64,000 bases of DNA. Source: Chloroflexota bacterium. Lineage in GTDB: Bacteria > Chloroflexota > Dehalococcoidia > UBA2979. How positions within the stretch are numbered: the stretch's first letter is position 1; every line of letters begins with the position of its first letter. The stretch lies in assembly GCA_016875635.1 (NCBI GenBank), contig VGPD01000004.1:5286-69285 (forward strand), in the 5' to 3' direction. The position numbers were made by a program, and so were the translations under genes. Shown piece by piece: positions 54,355 to 63,967 of the stretch. The notes under the pieces were generated by a model. The model ran no database searches, had not been told where the DNA came from, and worked only from the letters and a program-made list of their open reading frames with translations.

Positions 54355-55020
54355 TCAGTTGCGCCGATCAACACCGCCCCAGCGCTCTGAGACGGCGCGT
54401 TGGGCCTGCTGGTGCGCGCCCCGGATGAGCGGCTCCATGAGGGCATCCGCGCGCTCCAGACGCCGTCTGGAGTCGAAGGCGTCGAGGAGGGGCTGGAGCA
54501 GGCGCGGAGGGAGCACGTCGGCCGCGGCCGCACCGACCGCGTCCACGAGGGCGTCCGGGGTCCGTGGGAGCGAGACGTTCCGCCGGTACACCCCGTCCAC
54601 GAGTTGACGGAATCGCTGGACCTGCTCGAAGGCCGCGGTGACCGCTTCGAGCAGCGCGTCCGGGACATCCGCTGGCTCATCGACCGGGTATTCGACATCG
54701 GCCGTGAGGAAGGGGCGGTCGTGGTAGAGCGTGAGGATGCGGAAGCGTTGTTCGCCTTGCACCTGCACCATGACGCGCCCGCCGCCCACGGGCGACGCCG
54801 ATGCGATCCGGGCCGTCGTGCCGACATCGTGGGGGAGCGCATCGGCGTCACCCACCTCGTTGCCGGAGCGGAGCAGGACCACGCCGAACGGCTCGTCGGC
54901 CTCCATACACTCGGCCAACAACTGGTGATAGCGCGGTTCGAAAATCTGAATGGGGAGCGCCATGCCGGGGAAGAGGACCGCGCGCAGCGGGAACAGGCGG
55001 AGGGGCGTACTCACCACCAC
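54355..55020 (-). CDS. Lon protease N-terminal (LON_N substrate-binding) domain-only protein
   Basis: LRLFPLRAVLFPGMALPIQIFEPRYHQLL... GTG triplet at 55012-55020, overlapping the upstream stop (GTGA). No AAA+ or protease domain. Confidence 0.65.
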   Translation of the reverse strand: MVVSTPLRLFPLRAVLFPGMALPIQIFEPRYHQLLAECMEADEPFGVVLLRSGNEVGDADALPHDVGTTARIASASPVGGGRVMVQVQGEQRFRILTLYHDRPFLTADVEYPVDEPADVPDALLEAVTAAFEQVQRFRQLVDGVYRRNVSLPRTPDALVDAVGAAAADVLPPRLLQPLLDAFDSRRRLERADALMEPLIRGAHQQAQRAVSERWGGVDRRN

Positions 55021-55373
55021 CCGCTTCGCTGCGCGGAGAGCAGCGCCGCGCCTACCAGCACGAGCATCGCGCCGCGGGCAACCGGGCGCACATCGAAGTC
55101 GAAGGCCCTCGGGCGCACCCTGCGGGCGCGGACGCCGGACACGACCGCCTGAGCACGGTCGCGTTCGCCTTCCGGAACGGAGATGCCGTAGAGGAACATC
55201 GATGCGCCACGGGCCCCCCACGGCGTGTTGGCCGGGGTCACTCGCCGGGCGTCTTCAATCTCCACGACGGCCGCGATGCCGGCGTCCTGCAAGGCATGCT
55301 TCCACATGGTGGCTGTGCCTGCCTCGTGCGCGGCGGCAAAGCGAACCCATGATTCCGCGGGTGCGTCCCTCAT
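55011..55373 (-). CDS. DUF2007-like small protein with C-terminal TM
   Basis: 120 aa. ...MWKHALQDAGIAAVVEIED... plus C-terminal hydrophobic helix. Confidence 0.45.
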   Translation of the reverse strand: MRDAPAESWVRFAAAHEAGTATMWKHALQDAGIAAVVEIEDARRVTPANTPWGARGASMFLYGISVPEGERDRAQAVVSGVRARRVRPRAFDFDVRPVARGAMLVLVGAALLSAQRSGWW

Positions 55374-55439
55374 GACGTAATTTTACGTGCGGCAGCGGCT
55401 GTCCGCGGCGCCGGTGGGTAAAGAGTTGGGGAAACCCGC

Positions 55440-57968
55440 CTACGCCGGCTGGAGCGCCCGCACGCGCAATGCAGCCGTCGACGCACCCGCCCCACCGAGC
55501 GGGAGAAGCGCCATCAGCGCACCGCCGTCGTAGTAGTGGGGGACGTAAGCCGTGCCCGCGGCAACGCCGTCGTCCAGTTTGACGGCGATCCGCACGGATG
55601 CGATCCCATCGGTGAGGTCGACCACATCGCCGGTGCGGACACCTGCGGCTTCCGCGTCGCGCGGGTTCAGCCAGACCGCTTCCTCGCGGTGCAGCTTGTC
55701 CGCATCGTCCGAGTGGATCGAGGCGGCGTCCCAGGAGGTGTAGAGCGAGCGTCCGGTCGCCAGCGTCAGACCGCTGTGGGCGGGCGTGGGCGCCGGGGCG
55801 GGCTGCGGCTTCGCCGTCGTCGAGGTCGCGACGAGTGCCCGCACCTGGGCGGGCGCACCGTCCACCTGCGCCATCGTCGGGTAACCGGTCGCCGCCGCCA
55901 GCGCCTCGTGCGCCTCCGTGAAGCCCGATGGCGCTTCGCGGTCGCCGAGGCGGTTCGCCAGCGCGGCGAGGATCGCGACGCCGTCCGACTGCTGACCGCG
56001 CGCGCGCTGGGCGGAGCGCTGGTGGAGTACGCGGCGGTCGGCGTTCGTGATGGTGCCGTCGGTCGCGAAGAATGGAGCGGCGGCCAGCACAGCGGTCGCG
56101 TACTCGGCGGTCGTGGAGCGGAGCGAGTCGATGACCACGAGCGCCTGAAGGCCCTGGAGCGCCGCCTCGATGGCGGTGCGACCGGGAGCGTTGAGGAGCG
56201 GGTTGTCGGCGTGGATGACCAACGCCTTCACCTCGCCGCGCTGGGCGGCCTCGATGATCTCCGGGAAGGACTTGCCGCCGGCGCCGGGCGCAATCCCCAT
56301 GTCGGCGATGCCGAGCACGTTCGCGTCGGTCGGGAGGTAGTGGAAGGCGGAACCGGCCTCGGCTCCGCGCAGCGCGATCGCGAGGTTGGCTGCGGCGGTC
56401 GCCGCAGCGCCGGCGCGAGCTGCGCCGTCGGCGCCGTTCGGCGCGTACACCACGGCGGCGCTGGCGCCCTTGCCGCGCGAGACGACATTGAGGGCACGCG
56501 CCCACGCGGCGGCGTCCACACCGGCCGGGGCGGACCCACCGTCCGCAAGGCCCTGCAACGCGGCGGCCTCCTGGCCCGGGGCGACGCGCACGATCGCGGC
56601 GGCCCAGCGGTCGAGGGCGGTCCACTTCGGCGAGACGATGACCACCTGCGCCTTGCGCTTGATGACGGCGTCCTTGAGGCGGACGGAGACGACCTGATGA
56701 GAGTCCTCGACGTCGAGGGCGGCGACGACGACGGTCTGCGCCTGTTCGAGATCGGTCAGTGTGGCGGGCACGCGGTCGGTGCTGAAGGCGGCGCGCATCG
56801 CGTCCGCGACGGCGCGATGCACCATACCGTGCGAGAAGTCGACGTGGGGCGTGCCGATGGCGCGTGCGAGCCGCGCCAGGAGGTAGGCCTCCTCGTTCGT
56901 GGCGAGCGGCGAGCCGAGGACGGCGATGGCGTCCGCGCCGTGGGCCGACTTCACGGCGGTCAGGGCGTCCACGGCTGTGGTCAGGGCCTGATCGAAGGTG
57001 GCGGGGAGGAGGCGCTGTCCGGCGCGTACGAGGGAGCGCGTGAGGCGTTCACGCTCCGCGACGGCGACGTAGCCGAAGCGGCCGCGCACGCAGATCTGGT
57101 CGCGGGAGAACGGGTTCAGCCGGTCCGGGCGGACGATGACCGGGCGGTCGTCGGCGACGCCGTACGAGATCGTGCAGCCGACGGCGCACGAGTTGCAGGC
57201 GGAGTTCGTCCAGTCGTCCGCGCGGCCGACCCACTTGTTTGGCTTCTCCATCAACGTCGCCGTCGGGCAGACATCGATGCAGGCGCCGCAGAAGTTGCAG
57301 TCGGACTCGTGGATCGAGCCGCCCGTGCCGAAGGCGATCATCGTGCGGTGGCCCTTGCCGGAGAGGGTGACTGCGCCGGTGTGGCGCAGGTCGTCGCAGG
57401 CGCGGACGCAGCGGGTGCAGAGGATGCACATCTGCGGGTCGTACTCGAGGAACGGGTTGCCACGGTCCGGCTCCGGGGGCGGCGTCTCGTAGTAGGAGCG
57501 CGGCTCGCCGACCCACGGCTCCTCGAAGTCGCCCTGGTCGACGATCTCGCAGGAGGTCTGGAGTTCGCAGCGGTAGTTCTTGGAGCAGGTCAGGCAGCGG
57601 TGCGTGACCACGTCGTCGCGGAGGCAGATGTCGCCGGGCATGCAGTGGACGCGGCGGTGGCAGGTCAGGCAGCGGTCCGGGTGGTTCGCTAGGATCAGGG
57701 ACATGACGGACTGGCGGGTGCGCTTCACCTCGGCGGTCTCGGTGTTCACCACCATGCCGTCGGCGACCTGGGTGACGCAGGCCAGTTGCAGCGGCGTCGG
57801 CCGGGCGCCCACGACATCCACGATGCAGGTGCGGCAGCCCGCGTACGGGTCGAGGCCGTCGATGTAGCAGAGGTTGGTGATCGCGACGCCCTGCTCTTTG
57901 ATCACCTCGACCAGGCGACGTCCGGCGGACGCCTCCACGGTTTGGCCGTTGAGTGTGATCTGGACCAC
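55440..57968 (-). CDS. NuoG/FdsA-family molybdopterin-oxidoreductase Fe-S subunit (2Fe-2S + multiple 4Fe-4S + Mo-bisPGD-type domain)
   Basis: 842 aa. N-terminal 2Fe-2S ferredoxin (CYIDGLDPYAGCRTC), His/Cys cluster, two ferredoxin-type CxxCxxCxxxCP motifs, molybdopterin-domain cluster CNSCAVGC. Confidence 0.8.
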   Translation of the reverse strand: MVQITLNGQTVEASAGRRLVEVIKEQGVAITNLCYIDGLDPYAGCRTCIVDVVGARPTPLQLACVTQVADGMVVNTETAEVKRTRQSVMSLILANHPDRCLTCHRRVHCMPGDICLRDDVVTHRCLTCSKNYRCELQTSCEIVDQGDFEEPWVGEPRSYYETPPPEPDRGNPFLEYDPQMCILCTRCVRACDDLRHTGAVTLSGKGHRTMIAFGTGGSIHESDCNFCGACIDVCPTATLMEKPNKWVGRADDWTNSACNSCAVGCTISYGVADDRPVIVRPDRLNPFSRDQICVRGRFGYVAVAERERLTRSLVRAGQRLLPATFDQALTTAVDALTAVKSAHGADAIAVLGSPLATNEEAYLLARLARAIGTPHVDFSHGMVHRAVADAMRAAFSTDRVPATLTDLEQAQTVVVAALDVEDSHQVVSVRLKDAVIKRKAQVVIVSPKWTALDRWAAAIVRVAPGQEAAALQGLADGGSAPAGVDAAAWARALNVVSRGKGASAAVVYAPNGADGAARAGAAATAAANLAIALRGAEAGSAFHYLPTDANVLGIADMGIAPGAGGKSFPEIIEAAQRGEVKALVIHADNPLLNAPGRTAIEAALQGLQALVVIDSLRSTTAEYATAVLAAAPFFATDGTITNADRRVLHQRSAQRARGQQSDGVAILAALANRLGDREAPSGFTEAHEALAAATGYPTMAQVDGAPAQVRALVATSTTAKPQPAPAPTPAHSGLTLATGRSLYTSWDAASIHSDDADKLHREEAVWLNPRDAEAAGVRTGDVVDLTDGIASVRIAVKLDDGVAAGTAYVPHYYDGGALMALLPLGGAGASTAALRVRALQPA

Positions 57969-58028
57969 GGCTACCCCACCCCTCGATGTCCCGATGTGCG
58001 CCGCGGAGGGCGCGTCAGCCGTCTCTGG

Positions 58029-58595
58029 TTAGTGCTTGTGTCCGTCGCGGTCGAGTTTGCCCGGCAGCTTCTGCGGGCCGAAGGGCCCGGCGACGCCCGC
58101 CACGTTCACGCGCGAGCGCGCCGTCGGCATCGAGGTTGTCAGCGGCTGTCGGTCCTGCGTCTGCCCGTTCGGGTAGCGCCCGCCAGTCTCGCCGAGGTAC
58201 TTCTGCGCCTCGCGCGTCAGATCGGTGCGGTCGCGGTACATCGTCTCGAAGACGTAGACCGCGTCGTTGTACCGGCCGCCGGCCTGGATCGCCTGGTAGG
58301 GGCAAGCCTCGGTGCAGAGGCCGCAGTACATGCAGATGCGGAAGTCGATTTCGTAGCGGTCGATGTTGAGGGTGCCGTCGGCGCGCGGGCTGGTCTGGAC
58401 CAGGATGCAGCCGTCCGGGCAGGCCTGGGCGCAGGTGGAGCAGCCGGTGCAGCGCTCCTCGAACCAGAGGAGATTCGTGCGGGCGCGGACAGGCACCTCA
58501 CGCTGCTGTTCGGGGTAGTTGACGGTGATGGCCGGACGCACGACGTGCCGGAGCGTCACCAGCATCCCGCGGGCGATGCCGAGTCCGTACGCCAC
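58029..58595 (-). CDS. NuoI-like 2x[4Fe-4S] ferredoxin subunit
   Basis: Two CxxCxxCxxxCP motifs (CTGCSTCAQACP, CMYCGLCTEACP). GTG at 58593-58595 or ATG 58563-58565. Confidence 0.75.
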   Translation of the reverse strand: MAYGLGIARGMLVTLRHVVRPAITVNYPEQQREVPVRARTNLLWFEERCTGCSTCAQACPDGCILVQTSPRADGTLNIDRYEIDFRICMYCGLCTEACPYQAIQAGGRYNDAVYVFETMYRDRTDLTREAQKYLGETGGRYPNGQTQDRQPLTTSMPTARSRVNVAGVAGPFGPQKLPGKLDRDGHKH

Positions 58596-58758
58596 GACGC
58601 CTCGATTCCCCTGCGGGCCGCCATTCGAGGCGCCCCGCCACCGCGAGCGAGCATACCCGAGGCCCGCCGCGCGCGATACCAGCGCGAATCCAGATGAGGC
58701 GGCCTCAAACCTCGGCGGATTTGTTAAGGATAGCACAAACAGGGCATGAGCCGGGCCG

Positions 58759-59706
58759 TCACCCGTCGAGGAACCACCCGGCGTCGAGGGCGGCCTGGCA
58801 GCCGCTGCCGGCGGAGGTGACGGCCTGCCGGTAGACCGGGTCGCGCACGTCCCCGGCGGCGAAGACGCCCTCGATGTTGGTGGCGGTCGCGCCGGGGCCG
58901 GGGCCGCCGCGCGTGACGAGGTAGCCGGCGGCGTCGGTGTCGAGGATGTCCCGGAAGAGCGCCGTGTTCGGCTGGTGTCCGATCGCGATGAAGATGCCGG
59001 CAACAGCGAGGTCGCGGGTGGCGCCGCCGGCGGTTGAGCGCAGGCGCACGCCGGTCACCCCGGCGTCGGTCCCGAGGATGTCATCGACTTCCTCGTTGAG
59101 CGCCAGCACGATCCGCCCCTGGGCGACGCGCTGCATGAGCCGCTCGACGAGGATCGCCTCAGCGGAGAACTCCTCGCTCCGGTGCACGAGTGCCACGCTG
59201 CTCGCGATGTTCGACAGGTCGATGGCGTCCTGCACGGCGGTGCTGCCGCCGCCGACGACGGCGACCGGCTGCCCCTTGAAGAAGTAACCATCACAGGTCG
59301 CGCAGGTGGAGACGCCACGGCCGAGGAACTGCTGTTCCGCCGGGAGGCCGAGGTATCTCGGCGATGCGCCGGTCGCGATGATCAGCGCGTCGCAGCTGTA
59401 TTCGCCCTCCGCGCCGGTGAGGCGGAACGGACGCGACGTCAGCGCCACTGCCGAAACCTCGTCGAAGAGGATCTCCGCACCGAAGCGGACGGCCTGCGCC
59501 TCGAAGCGTTCCATCAACTCGACGCCCAGCACCGCGCCGTGTTCCGCGTGCCAGTTCTCCACGGTGGAGGTGGTGACGAGCTGGCCGCCCTTCTGGACAC
59601 CGGTGAGGAGGAGCGGCTGGTGTCCGCCGCGCGCGGCGTAGAGTGCAGCGGTGTACCCGGCGGGACCGGAGCCGAGGACGATCACCGGCGCGTGGCGCGC
59701 GGCCAT
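58759..59706 (-). CDS. trxB: thioredoxin-disulfide reductase
   Basis: 315 aa. FAD GxGxxG (VIVLGSGPAG), redox CATCDG, NADPH site GGGSTA. Confidence 0.9.
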   Translation of the reverse strand: MAARHAPVIVLGSGPAGYTAALYAARGGHQPLLLTGVQKGGQLVTTSTVENWHAEHGAVLGVELMERFEAQAVRFGAEILFDEVSAVALTSRPFRLTGAEGEYSCDALIIATGASPRYLGLPAEQQFLGRGVSTCATCDGYFFKGQPVAVVGGGSTAVQDAIDLSNIASSVALVHRSEEFSAEAILVERLMQRVAQGRIVLALNEEVDDILGTDAGVTGVRLRSTAGGATRDLAVAGIFIAIGHQPNTALFRDILDTDAAGYLVTRGGPGPGATATNIEGVFAAGDVRDPVYRQAVTSAGSGCQAALDAGWFLDG

Positions 59707-59711
59707 GCGGA

Positions 59712-60344
59712 TTATCCGCCCAGGACGCGGCGGCCCTCGCCGAGGGCCGCCGGCGTGTCGAGGTCGAGTGCGACGCTGGGCTCGTCCGGCATCGGGAGGC
59801 GGAGCGGGGGGTGGCGCTGGAGGATGGCCCGGAGTCCTTCGCCCTCCTCATCGGCATGCGCCAGTTCGTCGAGCAGGTCGCCGTCGAGCACGACCGGGTG
59901 GCCGCCGTGTTCGTGCCCGGCGGTGTCGAGGTAGGTCGGCTGCACGCCCTCGATGCGCGCGCCCTCGGCGACGCGGGCGCGGAAGACCTCGACGAGGCGG
60001 TCGATGACGTGCGCTGGCGCCGGCTGGTCGACGTTCTGGATCACGACGGTGGATGGTCTCGGACGGCCCGGGGCGAGCAGCGTGGCCGCGCCTTTCGCAA
60101 GCGAGGTGGCGCGGCCCTGGGGCCAGCGCTGGTTGAAGACGAGGTAGCGCCCCGCCTCGCCGAGGGTGCGACGGACCGCCTCGGCGCGGCTGCCGGTGAC
60201 GATCACGATTTCCTCGACGCACGAGGCGAGGAGCTGGTCACGTTCCCATTCGATGAGCGTGCGCTCACCCCAGCGGACGAGCGGCTTTGGCTCGCCCATC
60301 CTCGATGACGCGCCGGCGGCGAGGAGGATGGCGGCGACGGTCAT
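59712..60344 (-). CDS. molybdenum cofactor nucleotidyltransferase (MobA/MocA-like)
   Basis: ATG 60342-60344. LAAGASSRMGEPK signature. 210 aa. ATGA overlap with the upstream NifU-like gene. Confidence 0.7.
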   Translation of the reverse strand: MTVAAILLAAGASSRMGEPKPLVRWGERTLIEWERDQLLASCVEEIVIVTGSRAEAVRRTLGEAGRYLVFNQRWPQGRATSLAKGAATLLAPGRPRPSTVVIQNVDQPAPAHVIDRLVEVFRARVAEGARIEGVQPTYLDTAGHEHGGHPVVLDGDLLDELAHADEEGEGLRAILQRHPPLRLPMPDEPSVALDLDTPAALGEGRRVLGG

Positions 60345-60742
60345 GCGCGCGCCGCCTGCTTCGCGCGCCAGGCGGCGACGGCCTGGCGCACGGCGGAGGC
60401 GGCGAGCACGGAACAGTGCACCTTGCTTGCCGGTAGCCCGTCGACGGCGGTGGCATAGTCGTCGCGAGTGAACGCCTCGGCCTCCTCCAGCGTGCGGCCC
60501 GTCACCATCTCGGTCGCCGCGGACGAGGTGGCGATCGAGGCGGGGCAGCCGGAGGAGAGGAACGAGGCGGCGGCGACACGTCCCTCGGCGAAGCGCAGGA
60601 AGATCCGGAGCGAGTCGCCGCAGACGGGGTTGGTCACGAACGCCTCGGCATCCGCGTCCGGCATCGCGCCCGCGTTCCGCGGCCGCTCGAAATGGTCGAT
60701 GAGGGTGGCGCTGTACTGCTCGGGTGAGAGTGGTTCGGCCAT
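60341..60742 (-). CDS. NifU/IscU/SufU-like Fe-S cluster scaffold N-domain protein
   Basis: 133 aa. Conserved Cys triad context (NPVCGDSL, SSGCPAS, VHCSVLA). Confidence 0.7.
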   Translation of the reverse strand: MAEPLSPEQYSATLIDHFERPRNAGAMPDADAEAFVTNPVCGDSLRIFLRFAEGRVAAASFLSSGCPASIATSSAATEMVTGRTLEEAEAFTRDDYATAVDGLPASKVHCSVLAASAVRQAVAAWRAKQAARA

Positions 60743-60780
60743 GCGTCGATTGTCGCACGGTCGCAGCGGGTCAGGCCCTG

Positions 60781-61983
60781 TCAGCCGATGACGGACCGGA
60801 GGCAGCGCAGACCGTCGAGCGATGCGCCCTTCGCAAGCGCCAGCACGCGGATGCGGCCAAGGCCTTCCGGCTCGCAGAGTACCTCGGCGGCACGCCGGTC
60901 GGCCGCGAAGCGCTGCGCGTCCGCCGCCGCGTGTTGAGAGGCGGTGCGCAGGGCGTCGCCGAGGCCGAGCGCCATCAGCGCCTCCGCCTGCGAGACGAGC
61001 GGTGCTGCCGCGAAGCCCTCCGCGGCAGCGGCCAGCGAGGTGAAGTCGACGTGGACGGTGAGGTCGAGCCGGCCGGGCTCGGCCAGCGGGTCCGGCTGCG
61101 GGGAGTGGCGGCGGAACGCCATCAGCGTGCCCTGCCGCCGCCATGAGGCGTAGAGGTCGCGGGCCGGATAGCCGTAGTCGATCGAGAGCACATACCCACT
61201 CTCGACCTTCGAGGCGAGCGCGTGCATCGCCTCTGATGCGGCGAGTCCCACCTCGGCGAGCGCACCGTCTCCGGGCTGGAGTCCGAGCCGCGCGAAGTAC
61301 GCCTCGATGGCGGGCGTAGAGAGAGGGCCGTCGACGAAATGGACTGCATCGCCGTCGTGCGCGACGTACTGCTCAACGAGCGTCTCGCCGTCGCGGCGGA
61401 TCAGGTGGACGGGGAGCGCGTCGAAGAATTCGTTGCTGATGACGACACCGGTGATGCGGTCCGGCCGTGCGAGCCAGTCCGCCGTCAGGACGTGCTCGGC
61501 CTCGAACCCTGCACCGGCAAGGTGCGTCCGTTGATCGACGAGGCGGTTGGGATGACCGTCCAGCATCACGGGGCGTACGGCGGCGAAACAGCGCGGTGCG
61601 CGCACGCGGAGCCACGTGAGCATCGCGCGCATGAACACGCCACTGCCGCACCCCACCTCGACCAGTGCGAACGAGGAAGGCTCTCCGAGCCGCTGCCAGC
61701 ACTCCAGCGCCTGCCGCGCCCAGAGGTAGCCGAAGATCGGGTGGACCTCCGGGCTGGTCTCGTAGTCGCCGTCGCGGCCCCAGGTCAGGCCCGCGCGACT
61801 GTAGTAGCCGTGCTCCGGGTGGCCGAGGGCCTGCGCCATGAATTCGGCGAAGGTGATCCGTCCGCCCGCCGCCTCGATCCGTCCGACGAGCAGAGGCAGC
61901 AGCGGCGTCCGGGTCGCCAGCGCGAACTCGTCCGCGAGCGCGAAGTCGTCGGCCTCGATGTTGGTGTCGGCGGAGGCGGTCAT
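60781..61983 (-). CDS. class I SAM-dependent methyltransferase, DUF185/MidA (NDUFAF7-like)
   Basis: 400 aa. VEVGCGSG SAM motif and DUF185-type architecture. Confidence 0.7.
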   Translation of the reverse strand: MTASADTNIEADDFALADEFALATRTPLLPLLVGRIEAAGGRITFAEFMAQALGHPEHGYYSRAGLTWGRDGDYETSPEVHPIFGYLWARQALECWQRLGEPSSFALVEVGCGSGVFMRAMLTWLRVRAPRCFAAVRPVMLDGHPNRLVDQRTHLAGAGFEAEHVLTADWLARPDRITGVVISNEFFDALPVHLIRRDGETLVEQYVAHDGDAVHFVDGPLSTPAIEAYFARLGLQPGDGALAEVGLAASEAMHALASKVESGYVLSIDYGYPARDLYASWRRQGTLMAFRRHSPQPDPLAEPGRLDLTVHVDFTSLAAAAEGFAAAPLVSQAEALMALGLGDALRTASQHAAADAQRFAADRRAAEVLCEPEGLGRIRVLALAKGASLDGLRCLRSVIG

Positions 61984-62017
61984 GCTTCGATCGTAGTCCG
62001 CGCGATATCCGAGGCGC

Positions 62018-62653
62018 TCACAGTGCGTTCAGCACGGCGAGCCGGTTCGAGGTGATGCGGTCGACGCCCCACGCGGCAAGCTCGAGGGCACGCGCGGCGT
62101 CGTCGACCGTCCAGACGCCGACATCGCCCGCGCGCAGGCGGAGCGCCTCCACCTCGTCCAGGGTGTGAAGCAGGGTGTGGCGGATGACGACTGGCACCGG
62201 CTCGATCGCTCCGGCGTCGCGTCCGGCGAGGTAGGCGCGCAGCTGGCGCTCGTCCCGGATCGAATAGGCGACATCGAGGTCAGGCAGCCAGGCGCGGGCG
62301 CGGTCGGCGAGGCGCCAGTCCTCGCAGGTCACCCGGAGCCGGGAACGGTCAAGGCGGCTGAGGGTGCGGGCCAGGTCAGGTGCGGGGTCGCCCGTCCAGG
62401 CGCGCAGGTCGAGGACGAGCATGGCGTCCTCGACCACCTCGATCAGCGCCTCGAAGGGGACAGGGAGCAGGCGCGCCAGGCCACGCCGGCTGATGCCGAA
62501 GCGCGACGTGCCGAGCGGCCGTTCATGGTGGGCGACCAGCTGGCCACCGACCGACCAGAGGTCAGCCTCGACGGCGTCCACGGCGGGATGCCGGCTGAGC
62601 GGGAGGACGGCGAGGTCGTTCCCCCCGCCGTGGAGGATGCGCTGGACGGTCAT
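62018..62653 (-). CDS. glycerophosphodiester phosphodiesterase family protein
   Basis: ATG 62651-62653, 211 aa. GDPD-like blocks (HRGGND-like ILHGGGNDL, E/D metal ligands). The upstream part of the listed ORF is R/P-rich non-coding-like. Confidence 0.6.
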   Translation of the reverse strand: MTVQRILHGGGNDLAVLPLSRHPAVDAVEADLWSVGGQLVAHHERPLGTSRFGISRRGLARLLPVPFEALIEVVEDAMLVLDLRAWTGDPAPDLARTLSRLDRSRLRVTCEDWRLADRARAWLPDLDVAYSIRDERQLRAYLAGRDAGAIEPVPVVIRHTLLHTLDEVEALRLRAGDVGVWTVDDAARALELAAWGVDRITSNRLAVLNAL

Positions 62654-62673
62654 GAGGAGCCTGCCGTCAATGG

Positions 62674-63195
62674 CTAGCGTGGGTGGGCGGCGCCGAGGGC
62701 CTGCACGAAGACGGAGCGTGGGCGGGCGTGGTCGAGTTCGATGAGGAAGATGCTCTGCCACTGGCCGATGTGCGCCGCGCCGTTGTGGACGGGAACCGTC
62801 TCGGAAGCCCCCAGGAACAGGAGCTGGCAATGGGCGTGGCCGTTCGCGCATTCGCGGTCGGTCATGTGCACGGTGCGGATCGAGAAGTCGTTGTGCTCGT
62901 AGTAGTCGCCGGCGGGGACGATGCGGGAGAGGACGCGGGCCATGTCGTTCAGCAGCAGCGGCTCGTGCTCGTTGATGACGATCGCGGCCGTGGTGTGGTT
63001 GGAGACGATGGCGACCTGCCCGAACGCGACGCCCGAACGGGCGACCACGTTCTGCACGTCCGCGGTGATGTCGATGAATTCGAGGGCATGCGAGGTGTGG
63101 TACTCGAGCGTCTCGGCATAGGCGACGAATTGAGAGGCGGGAACTTGCGCCGCGTGGAGCGGGCGCGCGTCCGGACGCGGGATGCTCTCGACCAT
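62674..63195 (-). CDS. yjbQ: YjbQ/UPF0047 family (secondary thiamine-phosphate synthase) protein
   Basis: 173 aa. Matches UPF0047 blocks (FIDITADV, HTTAAIVINEHE, CQLLFLGASETVPV). Confidence 0.75.
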   Translation of the reverse strand: MVESIPRPDARPLHAAQVPASQFVAYAETLEYHTSHALEFIDITADVQNVVARSGVAFGQVAIVSNHTTAAIVINEHEPLLLNDMARVLSRIVPAGDYYEHNDFSIRTVHMTDRECANGHAHCQLLFLGASETVPVHNGAAHIGQWQSIFLIELDHARPRSVFVQALGAAHPR

Positions 63196-63313
63196 GCGGC
63201 CTCCGCCTGTCCCCCGGGCTGCGCGGGTGGGCGCCAGCCGTCGGAGCGTCTGTCGAGGATATCAGCGGGCGCGAGCCGGACGCCACTGAGGGTATCTCAG
63301 CGAGGTGCTCGGT

Positions 63314-63967
63314 CTAGCGAGAGCCGTCGCCGCGGTGGCGGCGGAGGGAACGCACTGCCTCGGTTACGGTCTGGATGTCCCGCGCCCCGGCCCGGAACCG
63401 GACGTACTCCTCCAGGTCGCGCAGGGCGGAGTCCACCTCGCCCAGGCGCTCGCGGAGCATGCCCCGGTCGCGGACCTCGTCGAGGTCCCACGGGAACATC
63501 ACAAGGAGCAGGTCGATGACGCGTGCAGCGCGGTCCTCGTCACCGCGCTGCAGGTAGCCCGCCTTCAGGTTGTGCAGCAGCCGCTGGATCACCTGCCTGG
63601 GCGAGAGTGACGCGAGGTAGTGCTCTTTGAACGGCACGCGCGCGCCGAAGATGTTGCGCAGCAGCACCTGGCAGTCCCGAGGCGTGAGGAGACGCCCGAA
63701 GTTGAAGACATCGATCAGGAGCGCGTCGGCCTCGTCGGTGACGCCCGCCGGGGTGTACCGGCAGATGACGTGGCCTGGCAGCCCGACGGGACGCACGTCC
63801 AGTCCCACCCGCTGGCAGACGTCGGCGTACAGGATCGCCAGCGTGATCGGGATGCCGAGGCGCTCGGAGAGCACCTCGTTCAGGTAGAGGTTCTTCGGGT
63901 CATCGTAGAACTCGCTGTTCCCGTGGAAGCCGAGTTCCCGGTAGATGTATCGGTTGATCCCGCGCAC
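63314..63967 (-). CDS. transglutaminase-like / SirB1-N family protein with C-terminal TPR-like region (N-terminus may lie beyond the window)
   Basis: 217 aa. Transglut_core2-like Cys/His context (DVCQRVGLDVRPVGLPGHVICRY). GTG at the window edge. Confidence 0.6.
   Translation of the reverse strand: MRGINRYIYRELGFHGNSEFYDDPKNLYLNEVLSERLGIPITLAILYADVCQRVGLDVRPVGLPGHVICRYTPAGVTDEADALLIDVFNFGRLLTPRDCQVLLRNIFGARVPFKEHYLASLSPRQVIQRLLHNLKAGYLQRGDEDRAARVIDLLLVMFPWDLDEVRDRGMLRERLGEVDSALRDLEEYVRFRAGARDIQTVTEAVRSLRRHRGDGSR

Noticed and set aside
58599-58758. Promoter call from the TTAACA / TTGTGC hexamers in the AT-richer spacer upstream of the NuoI-like gene
   Set aside because: Spacing to any -10-like hexamer is poor, so I did not list it as a feature.
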